Of a DNA stretch of 64,000 nucleotides, positions 40,107-47,887 are shown piece by piece. Both the position numbers and the translations under genes were made by a program. The notes under the pieces were generated by a model. It did no database searches, was not told where the DNA came from, and was given only the letters and a program-made list of their open reading frames with translations. Position 1 is the stretch's first letter. Every line of letters starts with the position of its first letter. This DNA is from an uncultured Bacteroidales bacterium (GTDB lineage: Bacteria; Bacteroidota; Bacteroidia; Bacteroidales; UBA932), in NCBI GenBank assembly GCA_905234485.1, contig CAJOHV010000005.1:15478-79477 (forward strand), written 5' to 3'.

Positions 40107-40225
40107 AACTGTTTTTTGATTGTAGTTTTTAATTGTTGTTATTGATTTTGTTGTCTATGTTCGTTTCGCAAATTCGATGCAATATAGTAAAAAGGTGAAC
40201 ATCAGTTGGCGGTTTTTGCTCCCGA

Positions 40226-40341
40226 ACTAACCTTAAACCCAAAACGCGTCTAAGCTTCGCCAAATCCTCTAAGCTTAGGCCCTAAATGCGTCTAAGCTTC
40301 GCCAGACCGTCTAAGCTTAGACTCGAAAAACCTCTAAGCTT
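40226..40341. repeat. Phased TCTAAGCTT array
   Basis: Cores at 40249, 40268, 40291, 40310, 40333 plus a degenerate one at 40226; spacing alternates 19/23. Confidence 0.9.
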
Positions 40342-41114
40342 AATTTCCGGAATAGTTCAAGGGCGTTGGCGGTTGTCCTTTCGGCGACCTGTCTCACGCT
40401 AATCTGTTTGATCTCAGCGAGTTTTGCGGCGATGATGGGAATGTAGGAACTTTCGTTACGGGTGCCTCTCAGCGGGGTGGGCGCGAGATACGGAGCGTCC
40501 GTCTCCAGGAGTATCATTTCGATGGGGATGCTCTTCACGGCCTCGGCGATTCCCGCCTTCTTGAAGGTTAACACTCCGCCTATTCCCACACTCCAGTCGC
40601 CGTATTTGCGTATCCTTGCCGCGGTCTCGGCGCTGCCGCTGAAGGCATGGAGATTGCCCCTGAGCCCGAGCCCGCGGCAACTGTCCATCACGGCGAAGAA
40701 ATCGTCAGTAGCATCTCGCAGGTGGATATTCACCGGGAGATCCAGTTTCGCGGCCAGTTCCAACTGGGCCTTCAGGGCGTCTTTCTGCTGCTCCTTGAAT
40801 TCAGTGCTGAAATGGTAATCCAGGCCGATTTCGCCTATCGCCACGAAACGTTCCGGATTCTTGGCTAGTTCATACATCTGGTCGACCTCCTCCTGCCAGT
40901 CCTCCTTCACCGAACCCGGATACAGGCCCAGCATAGGGTACAGCACACCCGGGTGCTTCTCGCAGAGGTCGAGCATGGACTGACGTTCGCTGCTGTCGAT
41001 ATCCGCCTGCAGCATCTTCGTCACTCCCGCCTCGACCGCCCGTGCGATCACCTCCTCGCGGTCGTCGTTGTACACCTCGTCATTGAAGTGGCAATGTGTG
41101 TCGATGAATTCCAT
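40317..41114 (-). CDS. tatD: TatD-family hydrolase
   Basis: Likely start MEFIDTHCH; GEIGLDY, LETDAPYLAP. Confidence 0.93.
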   Translation of the reverse strand: MEFIDTHCHFNDEVYNDDREEVIARAVEAGVTKMLQADIDSSERQSMLDLCEKHPGVLYPMLGLYPGSVKEDWQEEVDQMYELAKNPERFVAIGEIGLDYHFSTEFKEQQKDALKAQLELAAKLDLPVNIHLRDATDDFFAVMDSCRGLGLRGNLHAFSGSAETAARIRKYGDWSVGIGGVLTFKKAGIAEAVKSIPIEMILLETDAPYLAPTPLRGTRNESSYIPIIAAKLAEIKQISVRQVAERTTANALELFRKLSLEVFRV

Positions 41115-41132
41115 TAGGACAAATTTACGAAA

Positions 41133-41233
41133 TTTTGCACAAGGTGGAACTCTGATGGCGGGACCTTGTGCGGAAAAATTGAATACAGGACTTTTAGCAC
41201 GCAAGGTCCCGGGGGTATACTTCCACCTTGTGC
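41133..41233. repeat. ~100-bp nested palindromic intergenic element, copy 2
   Basis: GCACAAGGTGGAA..GGACCTTGTGC..GCAAGGTCC..TTCCACCTTGTGC. Confidence 0.8.
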
Positions 41234-41320
41234 GTACTGGCTGTTTTTGGGAGGGTGGTACGCACACTTTGGGGCTTTTTCGTGCGTACTGGACGTTTTG
41301 GGGAGGGTGGTACGCACACT
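41230..41320. repeat. Two 39-bp hairpin units with 52-bp period
   Basis: GTGCGTACTGG..TTTTGGG(G)AGGGTGGTACGCACACT at 41230-41268 and 41282-41320. Confidence 0.85.
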
Positions 41321-41323
41321 CTG

Positions 41324-42490
41324 TCAGGAGCGGACCAGTATCATACATCGCTGCATTAAATCGGTGACGATGAAGCCGCCGGTTTCGAGGGTGCCGACGA
41401 GGGTGGCGGTCTGGACGTAGTCGATTCCGAGTTGTTCGGCGAGTTCTTCCACACAGATTCCACGGTTGAGTTTGATGCAGACGGCTATCCGGCAGAGTTT
41501 TTCGAGAGTATCGGCATCGGTGCTTCCGGAGTAGCGGTCGCGGACTTCTTCTTCCAGTTCGGCTTTGCGGCGGCGGTTGTAGGTGCCGAGACCGAGGGCG
41601 TCCGGCAGGGCTTCGACGTCCGCGATGGGCTCTGCAACTTTCTCGCGAAGCAGAGAGTTGCAGCCCGCCGAGCGGACATCGTCGATCCTGCCGGGCAACG
41701 CCCACACGTCTCGGCCATAGTCGAACGCCGTATGCGCAGTGATCAGGCTTCCGCCTTTGCGTTTGGATTCCACGACTATAGTCGCGGAAGAAAGGCCGGC
41801 GATAATTCGGTTGCGCCTGAGGAAGGTCGCCGCCTGGGCGCCGGTGCCGGGCGGGAAGTCGGTGACCAGGGCGCAGCCGGGGGTGCCGGCGATCTGCTCG
41901 GCGTAGCGCCTGTGGGCATTGGGGTAAATGTCTTCAGGTCCGGTGGGGATGACGGCGATGGTTCGCAGTCCGGCCTCGAGTGCGGCTCTGTGCGCCATAA
42001 TGTCCACGCCGAAAGCCAGTCCGCTCACTATCGTGGGCTTATGCTGCGCCTGCGCGAGCGTGAAGACTATCTTTCGCGTCCATTCCTGGCCATAGAACGA
42101 CACGTCGCGCGTGCCCACTATCGATATATAAGGTCCGGAATTGAAGATATCACTGAGTGGAGAGACGCTGCGGACATACAGCCCGGTAGGGGAGTCGGGA
42201 CACTCGGCCAGAGCGGAAGGAAAGTCCGCCTCGCCATATGCGACGAACTGAATGCCCTGCCCGGAGAGTTCTTCGAGTTCCTTTTCGCTCCTGAAGAACT
42301 CGTCGTCCGAAAGCAGTCCCTGAAAACGCGAAAAGGGACCGAGCAAATCGTCCCTTTTACGTTCGCTCAGCCGGAAGAGGGCTTCGATAGAGCCCGTTTC
42401 TTCAATCAGTCTGAGCGAAACCTTCGGATTGTACCCGAAGGCTCGGTTGAGCGTACAAGCGCCCACCTTGATAATGTCTGAAGTTTTCAT
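41324..42490 (-). CDS. dprA: DNA-processing protein DprA
   Basis: SIVGTR, IVSGLAFGVD, FLRRNRIIAGLS, GGSLITA. Confidence 0.95.
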   Translation of the reverse strand: MKTSDIIKVGACTLNRAFGYNPKVSLRLIEETGSIEALFRLSERKRDDLLGPFSRFQGLLSDDEFFRSEKELEELSGQGIQFVAYGEADFPSALAECPDSPTGLYVRSVSPLSDIFNSGPYISIVGTRDVSFYGQEWTRKIVFTLAQAQHKPTIVSGLAFGVDIMAHRAALEAGLRTIAVIPTGPEDIYPNAHRRYAEQIAGTPGCALVTDFPPGTGAQAATFLRRNRIIAGLSSATIVVESKRKGGSLITAHTAFDYGRDVWALPGRIDDVRSAGCNSLLREKVAEPIADVEALPDALGLGTYNRRRKAELEEEVRDRYSGSTDADTLEKLCRIAVCIKLNRGICVEELAEQLGIDYVQTATLVGTLETGGFIVTDLMQRCMILVRS

Positions 42491-42519
42491 AATTCATAAA
42501 GTTAAAGGTTAATATGTTT

Positions 42520-43569
42520 TTATATGATCAGCATCGCGTCTCCGTAGGGGCCGAAGCGGTAGCCTTCTTCGAGTGCTACTCTGTAGGCGTTCATCACCTT
42601 TGTGTAGCCTCCGAATGCCGCCACCGTCATGAGCATCGTGCTCTGAGGGAGGTGGAAGTTGCTCACTATCGCATCCGGAATGGAGAACTCGTAAGGAGGG
42701 AAGATGAACTTGTTAGTCCACATGTCGTTATCCTTGATCTCCTTGTTGGTGGTGACGTAGGTCTCCAGGGCGCGGATGACGGTCACACCGCAGGCCACGA
42801 CTTTGTGTCCGGCGCGCTTCGTGGCGTTGATCTTGTCTGCGGCTTCCCTGGTGATAATCATCCTCTCGCCGTCCATCTTGTGCTTCGAAAGGTCTTCGAC
42901 ATCTACTGAGCGGAAATAGCCCATACCCATATGCACGGTGATGAATGTCTTGTCTATGTCCTTCAGTATCATCCTGTTGAAGAGTTCGCGGCTGAAGTGA
43001 AGGCCGGCCGCCGGAGCGCTCACCGCGCCTTCGTTCGCCGCGAAGATAGTCTGGTAGTTCTCCACATCCGATTCGTCGGTCTCTTCCTTCACCCACTCCG
43101 GAACCGGGGTGTGGCCCAGGGCATAGAGAGCCTGTTTGAACTCCTCGTAAGGTCCGTCGTAGAGGAAACGGAGAGTACGGCCGCGGGAGGTGGTGTTGTC
43201 TATCACCTCTGCCACCATGCTGTCGTCCTCGCCGAAATACAGTTTGTTGCCTATGCGGATCTTGCGGGCGGGCTCCACGATCACATCCCAGAGCCTCTGC
43301 TCCTTCGAAAGTTCGCGGAGAAGGAACACCACGATGTCCGCCTCGGTCTTTTCCTTCTTGCCGTAAAGTTTGGCAGGGATGACCTTGGTGTCGTTCAGCA
43401 CGAAGTTGTCGCCTTTTCCGAAATAGTCGATGATGTTCTTGAACTGCCTGTGCTCGATTTCGCCGCTATCCTTATGAAGGACGAGGAGACGGCATTCGTC
43501 TCTCCAGCGAGTGGGCTCAGTTGCGATTTTCTCCTGCGGGAGTTCGAAGTTGAATTGCGAAAGTTTCAT
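42520..43569 (-). CDS. queA: S-adenosylmethionine:tRNA ribosyltransferase-isomerase
   Basis: LNDTKVIPA, YQTIFA, APAAGLHF, NFHLPQST, YGDAMLI. Confidence 0.96.
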   Translation of the reverse strand: MKLSQFNFELPQEKIATEPTRWRDECRLLVLHKDSGEIEHRQFKNIIDYFGKGDNFVLNDTKVIPAKLYGKKEKTEADIVVFLLRELSKEQRLWDVIVEPARKIRIGNKLYFGEDDSMVAEVIDNTTSRGRTLRFLYDGPYEEFKQALYALGHTPVPEWVKEETDESDVENYQTIFAANEGAVSAPAAGLHFSRELFNRMILKDIDKTFITVHMGMGYFRSVDVEDLSKHKMDGERMIITREAADKINATKRAGHKVVACGVTVIRALETYVTTNKEIKDNDMWTNKFIFPPYEFSIPDAIVSNFHLPQSTMLMTVAAFGGYTKVMNAYRVALEEGYRFGPYGDAMLII

Positions 43570-43628
43570 TACCGTATAAAGACTAAGTATTAATTATACG
43601 GTCACTTTCCCCAAAAAGTTTCACGCGA

Positions 43629-43701
43629 CGAAACTTAAAGCCAAAAACACCCTAAGCTTCGGCAAAACGGCTAAGCTTAGAGCAAAAAAAGGTCTAAGCT
43701 T
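43629..43701. repeat. Phased CTAAGCTT array, second locus
   Basis: Cores at 43652, 43671, 43694 (19/23 spacing), degenerate one at ~43629. Confidence 0.85.
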
Positions 43702-44890
43702 CGGTTATATTCATCAAAATGCGGCGGGCGAGGGGGTGCAGGGTGTTGCAGCGGTTTCCGAGATTGTTCACGAAGCCGAGGGGGTGCCCTTCGAAGGCGA
43801 CGCAGCAGAATCCACGCGGGGCGTCGGGGAAGCGCAGCGGGTCGTGGTGAAGGTATTCGAGCGCCTGCTGCCGGGTCAGGTCTATGACGGGGTACTCGCC
43901 CTTGTACGCCAGGCTGAGCGCGTAATCGGGGTCGGGGATGAGTTTGCCGCCCTTGAGAGTGCCGGAGGGAACGCCATAGCGCAGGGGGCGTATTCCGAGA
44001 AGAAGGTCACCGGGGGTGGAAGTCCGGGCCTTTCTGCCGTCTGCGCGACCGGGAGTGACGAAGCGGGCGGGCCGCGGCCCGGCGAGTCCGTCCTTTACCA
44101 GCGCGCCTACCCACTGGCCTTCGCCGGGCACTTCGCCCGCTCGAAGCAGGTTGCCGCAGCGGGTGAGGCGCACCCCGAACTGAGGGAATTCGTCCTCGGG
44201 AGGTATGATGGAGCCGCCTAGTTCAGCGGCCATCCATTCGAGATTGTCGTCGTTTTCGGCTTCTTCGTAGGTGCAGGTGGAATATACCAGGATGCCGCCC
44301 GGCCTGAGCGCGGGCCACACGTCGGCCAGGATGCGCTTCTGCCGCGCGGCGCAGAGTTGAACGTTCTGTTCACTCCATTCCTCCACGGCTCTGGGATCTT
44401 TGCGGAACATGCCTTCGCCGGAGCAGGGCACGTCGGCGACTATTATGTCGAACGCGCCCGCGAACTGCGCGAAGGCGGCGGGATCCACAGAAGTTACCAT
44501 CACGTTTGGATCGCCCCAGATCGCCACATTGTCGCTCAGGATGCGGCTTCGGTCGCGCATCACCTCGTTCGCGACGAGCAGGAACTCGTCGCCCAGAGCC
44601 TCGCGCAGGGAAGCCGCGAGGTCGGTGGTTTTTCCTCCGGGAGCCGCGCAGAGATCCAGCACCCTCAAACCGGGCGCCTTCAATGCGGCCAGGGCCTTTC
44701 TGAAGATATGCCCCACATACATGGCGGAAGAATCCTGCACATAGTAGCACCCGGCGTGGAGCAGCGGGTCCAGGGTGAACACCGGCCGCTCCGCCAGCAC
44801 GCGCCCGTGCCGGCTCCAGGGCACCGGTGTCCCTTCCGGACCCGCGCCCCCCTTGAACGGGTTCACTCGTATGGCTACGCTGGGACTCAT
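43694..44890 (-). CDS. RsmF/NOL1/NOP2-family rRNA m5C methyltransferase
   Basis: YVQDSSAM, VLDLCAAPGGKT, DVPCSGEGMFRK, VYSTCT. Confidence 0.92.
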   Translation of the reverse strand: MSPSVAIRVNPFKGGAGPEGTPVPWSRHGRVLAERPVFTLDPLLHAGCYYVQDSSAMYVGHIFRKALAALKAPGLRVLDLCAAPGGKTTDLAASLREALGDEFLLVANEVMRDRSRILSDNVAIWGDPNVMVTSVDPAAFAQFAGAFDIIVADVPCSGEGMFRKDPRAVEEWSEQNVQLCAARQKRILADVWPALRPGGILVYSTCTYEEAENDDNLEWMAAELGGSIIPPEDEFPQFGVRLTRCGNLLRAGEVPGEGQWVGALVKDGLAGPRPARFVTPGRADGRKARTSTPGDLLLGIRPLRYGVPSGTLKGGKLIPDPDYALSLAYKGEYPVIDLTRQQALEYLHHDPLRFPDAPRGFCCVAFEGHPLGFVNNLGNRCNTLHPLARRILMNITEA

Positions 44891-45502
44891 TTAGACTTTC
44901 GCCTCCCTGAAAACTTCCAGAATGGACGGATATGTATTCTTCAGGAAAGGAGGCAGGCTGGATTTTGCCACCCACACCGCCTTGCTGATATCTTCTTCCC
45001 TCTGTGGAATAAGTTCCACCGGCTTGGTGTAGAGCATATTATACCACCAGGTGTGCTTCAGGTGCCAGATGCCGTCCCTGATATAGCAGTGGTCAGTGAT
45101 GCATATAAGGTCGCGTAGTTCGAGTTCGTCCACTCCCGTCTCTTCCTGAACTTCGCGTATGGCCGTGACTTCTATGTCTTCGCCTGCTTCGCGATGGCCC
45201 TTCGGGAGGTCCCAGAGACCGTTGCGGTTGATCAGAAGGAAGTCGTCGCGCCTGTTCACGACCAGTCCGCCGGCCGCATCCACATTCTTGAACTGCGCAC
45301 ACAGGTCCGCGTACGCGGCGTCAGTGTCCTCAGTGGGGATATAAATGCGGGAGAGGGAATCCGTCTGCTCGAACATATGCACCAGAGTGCCGATATCAAT
45401 CCTGATTCCGGGATGGAAAACCACGGCATTCGGGTCCGACAGCGAATCATCAGTGGGCGGGCAGATGATGATACAGCGCTTCTCGAAGTAGATCTTATGC
45501 AT
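44891..45502 (-). CDS. NUDIX hydrolase
   Basis: Likely start MHKIYFEKR; Nudix box LPKGHREAGEDIEVTAIREVQEETG. Confidence 0.9.
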   Translation of the reverse strand: MHKIYFEKRCIIICPPTDDSLSDPNAVVFHPGIRIDIGTLVHMFEQTDSLSRIYIPTEDTDAAYADLCAQFKNVDAAGGLVVNRRDDFLLINRNGLWDLPKGHREAGEDIEVTAIREVQEETGVDELELRDLICITDHCYIRDGIWHLKHTWWYNMLYTKPVELIPQREEDISKAVWVAKSSLPPFLKNTYPSILEVFREAKV

Positions 45503-45538
45503 TTTATTATCTTTGCAGAACAAATATAGTGAAAATCG

Positions 45539-45946
45539 ATGGCAGCGCAATACACAAGCAAACACGGAATAGTCGGCCGCCCGCAGCCGGAACTCTTTAT
45601 GGCATTCACTGATATGCGCAACTTCACGCAGATGGTGCCGCAGGATCAGAATGTCTCGCTGGAGGCGGATTTCGACACCCTCACTGCCACGGCACAGGGG
45701 ATGAGTTTCAGCGCGAAGATAGTGGAGCGGGTTCCGTACACTAAGATTGTGGCGGAAGACAACGGCGCGCCTTTCCATTTTTCGATTACTTTCCATTTCG
45801 ACGACGGCGGAGCGGGGAAGACCGATTTCTGGGTGGAGGTGGACGCCGAACTGAACGGCATCCTGAAGATGATGCTCGGCAGCAAGATTCAGGAAGCGCT
45901 GGACAAGATGGTGGACGGAATGGTGAACGCCTCGGCACAGTTTTGA
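45539..45946 (+). CDS. SRPBCC/polyketide-cyclase-like protein
   Basis: 135 aa with C-terminal LKMMLGSKIQEALDKMVD helix; divergent from the NUDIX gene. Confidence 0.7.
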   Translation: MAAQYTSKHGIVGRPQPELFMAFTDMRNFTQMVPQDQNVSLEADFDTLTATAQGMSFSAKIVERVPYTKIVAEDNGAPFHFSITFHFDDGGAGKTDFWVEVDAELNGILKMMLGSKIQEALDKMVDGMVNASAQF

Positions 45947-45973
45947 GTTTTTCCGACTGCGCTCGAAATGACA
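45945..45973. repeat. Degenerate REP-like palindrome
   Basis: Minus strand TGTCATTTCGAGCGCAGTCGGAAAAACTC. Confidence 0.5.
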
Positions 45974-45981
45974 AAGAGAGA

Positions 45982-46812
45982 ATGAAGAAGATAATCATAT
46001 CAATAATTGCATTGGCGGTCGCGATCGCGGCGGCCGGACAGACGGGGGACGAGTTCAACGAAAAGTACCAGCGTCTGGTCTCCAGGTTGGGCTACGACGG
46101 AGTGGGAATCGAGACCCATCTGGACAAATGGGAGGCGGCTTTCCCAAAGGACGGACGCCTTCTGGAAGCCAGGTGCAATTATTATCTGACCAAGAGCACG
46201 GCCACCCAGGTGGTCAGGAGGGACCAGCAGAAGTTCCTTGGAAACAAACCGCTCTTCACCCTGCCGGATTCGCTCGGCAACCAGGTCAACTATTTCGAGG
46301 AATCTTTCTTCGACGACGAACTGTTCGGGCAGGCTCTGAGTTGGCTGGATAAAGCCATAGAGTATTATCCGCTGGATCTGGCCTACAGGGCAGACAAGAT
46401 CAACTGCCTCCTGGCCTACGAAAAAGAGTGGCCGGAGATGGCTGTGGCCGAAATCGAAAAGTTGGTCACACGGGAGAAACAGTCACATCCGGCGTGGGAG
46501 GTAAACGGCAAGCCGCTGGAAGAAGGCGGTTTCTCCGACCTTATGCTCGGCTACTGCGCCCAACTCTACAAAATAGGCTCTCCCGAGGCCTACAATTCAT
46601 TCTTCGCGCTTTCGTCCAGGCTCCAGAAACTCTACCCGAAAGATTCCAATTATCTGGACAACATCGGTTCTTATTGGTTGGTGGCTCAAGGCAACGACAA
46701 AAAGGCTATGCGCTACTACAAAAAAGCGCTGAAAATCAACCCGGACGACGCAGTTGCCAAGGCCAATATCAGGGTAATAGAAAGAAGGAAAGCTAAAGGG
46801 TCTCGCCCTTGA
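45982..46812 (+). CDS. Exported TPR protein
   Basis: Signal peptide MKKIIISIIALAVAIAAAG; TPR AMRYYKKALKINPDD. Confidence 0.85.
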   Translation: MKKIIISIIALAVAIAAAGQTGDEFNEKYQRLVSRLGYDGVGIETHLDKWEAAFPKDGRLLEARCNYYLTKSTATQVVRRDQQKFLGNKPLFTLPDSLGNQVNYFEESFFDDELFGQALSWLDKAIEYYPLDLAYRADKINCLLAYEKEWPEMAVAEIEKLVTREKQSHPAWEVNGKPLEEGGFSDLMLGYCAQLYKIGSPEAYNSFFALSSRLQKLYPKDSNYLDNIGSYWLVAQGNDKKAMRYYKKALKINPDDAVAKANIRVIERRKAKGSRP

Positions 46813-47887
46813 CCGACTTCGCAGGATCTATCCTGGATATCTGCATAGAAGGAATCAGCAGAAGCAGCATAATCACACACCACGCAAGGACATCCGTAAT
46901 CAGGATGGCCGGGATGTCCACACTCACCGGAACGTACGAGACGAAGTAGTTGGCCGGATTGAGTTTGATCAGGTGCGTGGTTCCCTGAATCAGGCAGAAG
47001 AGGAGCGCGCCTGCGTTGCCGGCCGCGAGGCCCAGCGCCGTGGAGCGTGAGGCCACGCGGAGGAAGGTGCGGGCGATCCCGCGGTCCGGCATCCCCAGCG
47101 CTTTGAGGGTGCCGATGGTGGGGGTGCTGCGCATAATCATTATCAGAAGGCCTGAAATCATATTGAATGCGGCCACGAGCGCCATCAGAAGGAGTATCGC
47201 CACCACATTCATATCTATGAGCTGCATCCAGTCGAAAAGATTGGAGTATTTGTAGGACGATGCCGCAGACAGCAGGCCGGTCGCATACCCGATCTCGCCC
47301 GCCTTATAAATCATCCCCCCGCGCGTGCGGAAACCGTCCTCCAGCCGGATATCGAGTTCGCCCGATTCATCCTCGGCGTAGCCCAGCAGGCGCTGCAGGT
47401 CGGCCAGGGGGCAGTAGACGATCAGCGCATCGTCCAGTTCCACGGAGGGCTGGTAGACCTCCGCGACCGTGAACTTGCGCAGTTTGACCTTCTCGCCCAC
47501 GAAGTACGACAGCATCGGATCGCCGGCGGCGAGGCCCGCTTTGCGCGCGAGTTTTTCGGGGATACGGACCTGCAGACGCCCGGTCATCCCCGCTTCGAGC
47601 GTCTCGCCGTTTCGCACAATGCCCGGCTCCACGATGACGGGTTCCCAGTCGCGTATGCCCTGCACCTGCGCGAGTTTTTCCTGAAGTTCGGGCGTCAGAC
47701 GCAAAGCCGCCGTGTCCGTGAGCACCACGTCCGAAACTGTGTCCGTGATTGCGTCACGCAGGGCTTTGCGGTAACCGGACGCTACGCTCACGGCCACTAT
47801 CATTATAAATGCGGAGATGGCGGTCGCCCACACGGAAACCTTGCCCTTGAACCGAATTTTGGAGGCTATGAAACCGTCTGCTTTCAT
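46793..47887 (-). CDS. LolC/LolE-type (FtsX-like) ABC permease
   Basis: VAAFNMISGLLIMI, IGTLKALGM, NYFVSYVPV; likely start MKADGF overlapping the porin stop. Confidence 0.88.
   Translation of the reverse strand: MKADGFIASKIRFKGKVSVWATAISAFIMIVAVSVASGYRKALRDAITDTVSDVVLTDTAALRLTPELQEKLAQVQGIRDWEPVIVEPGIVRNGETLEAGMTGRLQVRIPEKLARKAGLAAGDPMLSYFVGEKVKLRKFTVAEVYQPSVELDDALIVYCPLADLQRLLGYAEDESGELDIRLEDGFRTRGGMIYKAGEIGYATGLLSAASSYKYSNLFDWMQLIDMNVVAILLLMALVAAFNMISGLLIMIMRSTPTIGTLKALGMPDRGIARTFLRVASRSTALGLAAGNAGALLFCLIQGTTHLIKLNPANYFVSYVPVSVDIPAILITDVLAWCVIMLLLLIPSMQISRIDPAKSVKGETL

Noticed and set aside
40226-40341. CRISPR array interpretation of the CTAAGCTT repeats
   Set aside because: Cores of 8-9 bp and spacers of 10-15 bp are far too short, and there are no cas genes in the window.
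41115-41705. N-terminal extensions in the ORF track (e.g. TatD to 41705, NUDIX to 45796, cytidylate-kinase-like to 54842)
   Set aside because: They overlap other genes or repeats; family-typical starts with adjacent promoter motifs lie downstream.
43694-44890. RsmF-like protein seems short at the N-terminus and has a low-complexity internal segment
   Set aside because: The ATG directly follows the NUDIX stop and all catalytic motifs are present; several proteins here look compact, so pseudogene status is unsupported.
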